In this document: positions 62,321 through 64,000 of the stretch, one piece after another
How the letters are laid out: every line of letters starts with the position of its first letter
Numbering within the stretch: position 1 is the stretch's first letter
Source: Phoronis australis
Taxonomy: Eukaryota > Animalia > Phoronida
Reading direction: 5' to 3'
DNA: 64,000 nt
NCBI GenBank assembly: GCA_002633005.1
Contig: NMRA01000003.1
Location: 386,129-450,128, forward strand
Program-made: the position numbers and the translations under genes
The notes under the pieces: generated by a model
What the model was told of the DNA's origin: nothing
Database searches by the model: none
Seen by the model: only the letters and a program-made list of their open reading frames with translations

Positions 62321-62590
62321 GGGGTCTGTTTCATGAAAAACGTCTTAAGACAGAAATTTGTTCTTGCGCTCAGCTATTGCAGAAAAGTGATTAACGCTCG
62401 TTTGGGTATAAGTGCAGTTTGTGGTTTTACACAAAATTGCTTGCTAGTTGCTGAGATGATTTCTATAAATCATTTCTAAACTATGATGCCCTCGTAATCA
62501 ACTTGAATGGCTAAACAGTTATTCAGCAATTGCGAAGTTACAGTGTAAGACCGAAGTTCTGTCTTAAGTCACTTTCATGAAACGGACCAC
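62321..62590. mobile_element. Harbinger-like palindromic MITE
   Basis: GGGGTCTGTTTCATGAAA..CTTAAGACAGAA is mirrored by TTCTGTCTTAAG..TTTCATGAAACGGACCAC. Confidence 0.75.
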
Positions 62591-62635
62591 AGGCTCTAGG
62601 GTTTCCTGTCAATGACTATTGATTTAAAATTTCAG

Positions 62636-62712
62636 ATGGCTTTCAACAAACTGCAGAAAATGTTGACGGACAAGTGGCAGTTTATTTTTATGCAAGCTGA
62701 AGAGCAAGTCAG
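62636..62712 (+). CDS. R7 RGS exon 6 (DHEX); the gene continues right of the window
   Basis: tttcAG acceptor, MAFNKLQKMLTDKWQFIFMQAEEQV+AG, GT donor; 77 nt. KWxFIFMQA motif. Confidence 0.93.
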
Positions 62713-62739
62713 GTGTTTACAATGTGCTTTGTCCATCTC

Positions 62740-62793
62740 AGCCTGGTCACATGATCCAGCCTGGTCACATGATCTAGTCTGGTCACATGATCT
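62740..62793. repeat. 18-bp tandem repeat x3
   Basis: AGCCTGGTCACATGATCC x3, starting 28 bp after the end of exon 6. Confidence 0.85.
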
Positions 62794-64000
62794 GACTCTC
62801 GATAATTAGGACTGTTCTGTGACATCAGTAACATTGTCTAACAGTTGTTACGTGTCAGACTGTTGTTAACCACAATATTACCATTAGATTATAGTGCACC
62901 GCTCTACAGTCTTGAGCAGTTAATGGTGCGATTGTGATGATTGTGTCACTGCAGTCATGCAATGAAGCCAATATATTTATTTGAAGTCAGTTTTTGAAAC
63001 AGCAACACGATCAATCGAGCCACGTACTCACTGGTCATGATGGCATTTTATTTCTGCTTAGCCAAGAAAACTCCCTGGCCGATCTAGGATTTGATGAAGG
63101 GGACCCTGACTAAGATGTTCATATGATAAATGTTTGCGATTTCCCTTAAAGCAATATGTCCATACTGGGGTTAAGGCACAATATGACATAAACGCTCTCC
63201 AGCAGTTCAGTAATGGCACAATGCTACTCACCTCTAACATAGGCAAAATTAAATGACCCATGAATGCGTCGTATTAGATCTCGTCACAATTGGTGATTGG
63301 CTGCTGTAGCTTGCTGAAGATGTATGGTGGAGGGAAATAATTGAGAGACGATGAGAAGAACAAAGTGCCACCCAGTTTGTTAAATGTTATGTAGCTGGGC
63401 ATCATTTAAACTGTAATCTTTTAATCACTGAGTGTTATGTAACTGAGTGTTACAGTTGTTCAACAACACAGTAGTTTTACCATGTTTTTTAAATAGCTTT
63501 TACTCTCTAGTCTTTTGAGTCATTTGCAATCATTCCCAGCTCGTTTCTCTGTCATGCTAAGTAATGAGAAATATTAATTTTTGTGCGCGTTTATTCGGAT
63601 ATGAATGCCTCCTCCCAATTAAGTTGATGTAGTAAAGTGTAACAAGCAATGACCTGAGGTAGTAGTGATTGATTGTTATTGTATTCACTTGAAATAACAA
63701 CTTGTGTTATTTGGATCTAGGTCTCATACTGGCGAAGCAGTTGGTGACATACAAGCTCCTACGCTTATGTTAAAAGAAAACAGAAATAAACAAGACTTCA
63801 ATGATATCTAGACTGAAGCTCATTGTCGAATTGACTATGGACTTAACGTTATGCCTCCAATTATCCATAGCTACCATTCACCGAAAGATATGTAACACAG
63901 ATGTGAAAAATTCACAAACTGTTGTTTGGGTTCGTGAATAGAGTTATGGTAATTCACGCATATGTAATTTGCATGCAGCGAGTAACAGCTTGCTTGTCAT

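Overview
AT-rich, repeat-dense eukaryotic DNA, most likely from a highly heterozygous marine invertebrate; the taxon is inferred from repeat types and gene content, not determined. Two spliced genes sit head-to-head with start codons about 510 bp apart. The first is ALYREF/THOC4, the mRNA export adaptor, on the minus strand: coding exons 11222-11007, 8521-8369 and 1587-1440, with no further exon found in the window. The second is an R7-family RGS gene of the RGS9/RGS11/EAT-16 type on the plus strand: a 16-codon first coding exon at 11735-11782, a ~45 kb first intron, then DEP/DHEX exons at 57120-62712, continuing off the right edge. The introns hold non-autonomous DNA transposons (several hAT-like ones with unusual 5- and 6-bp target duplications, plus Harbinger-, Kolobok- and Tc2-like elements), tRNA-derived SINEs, a 30 x 82-bp satellite and several minisatellites. 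A ~3.5 kb tandem duplication bounded by Ns (12577-16008 vs 16896-20443) is probably two uncollapsed alleles. The most interesting observation is the compact ALYREF/RGS bidirectional promoter. It matches an arrangement that can be reconstructed from human paralogous blocks recalled from memory, and it carries a GC-rich palindrome inside a TA microsatellite. I found no prokaryote-type system, CRISPR array or autonomous transposase.
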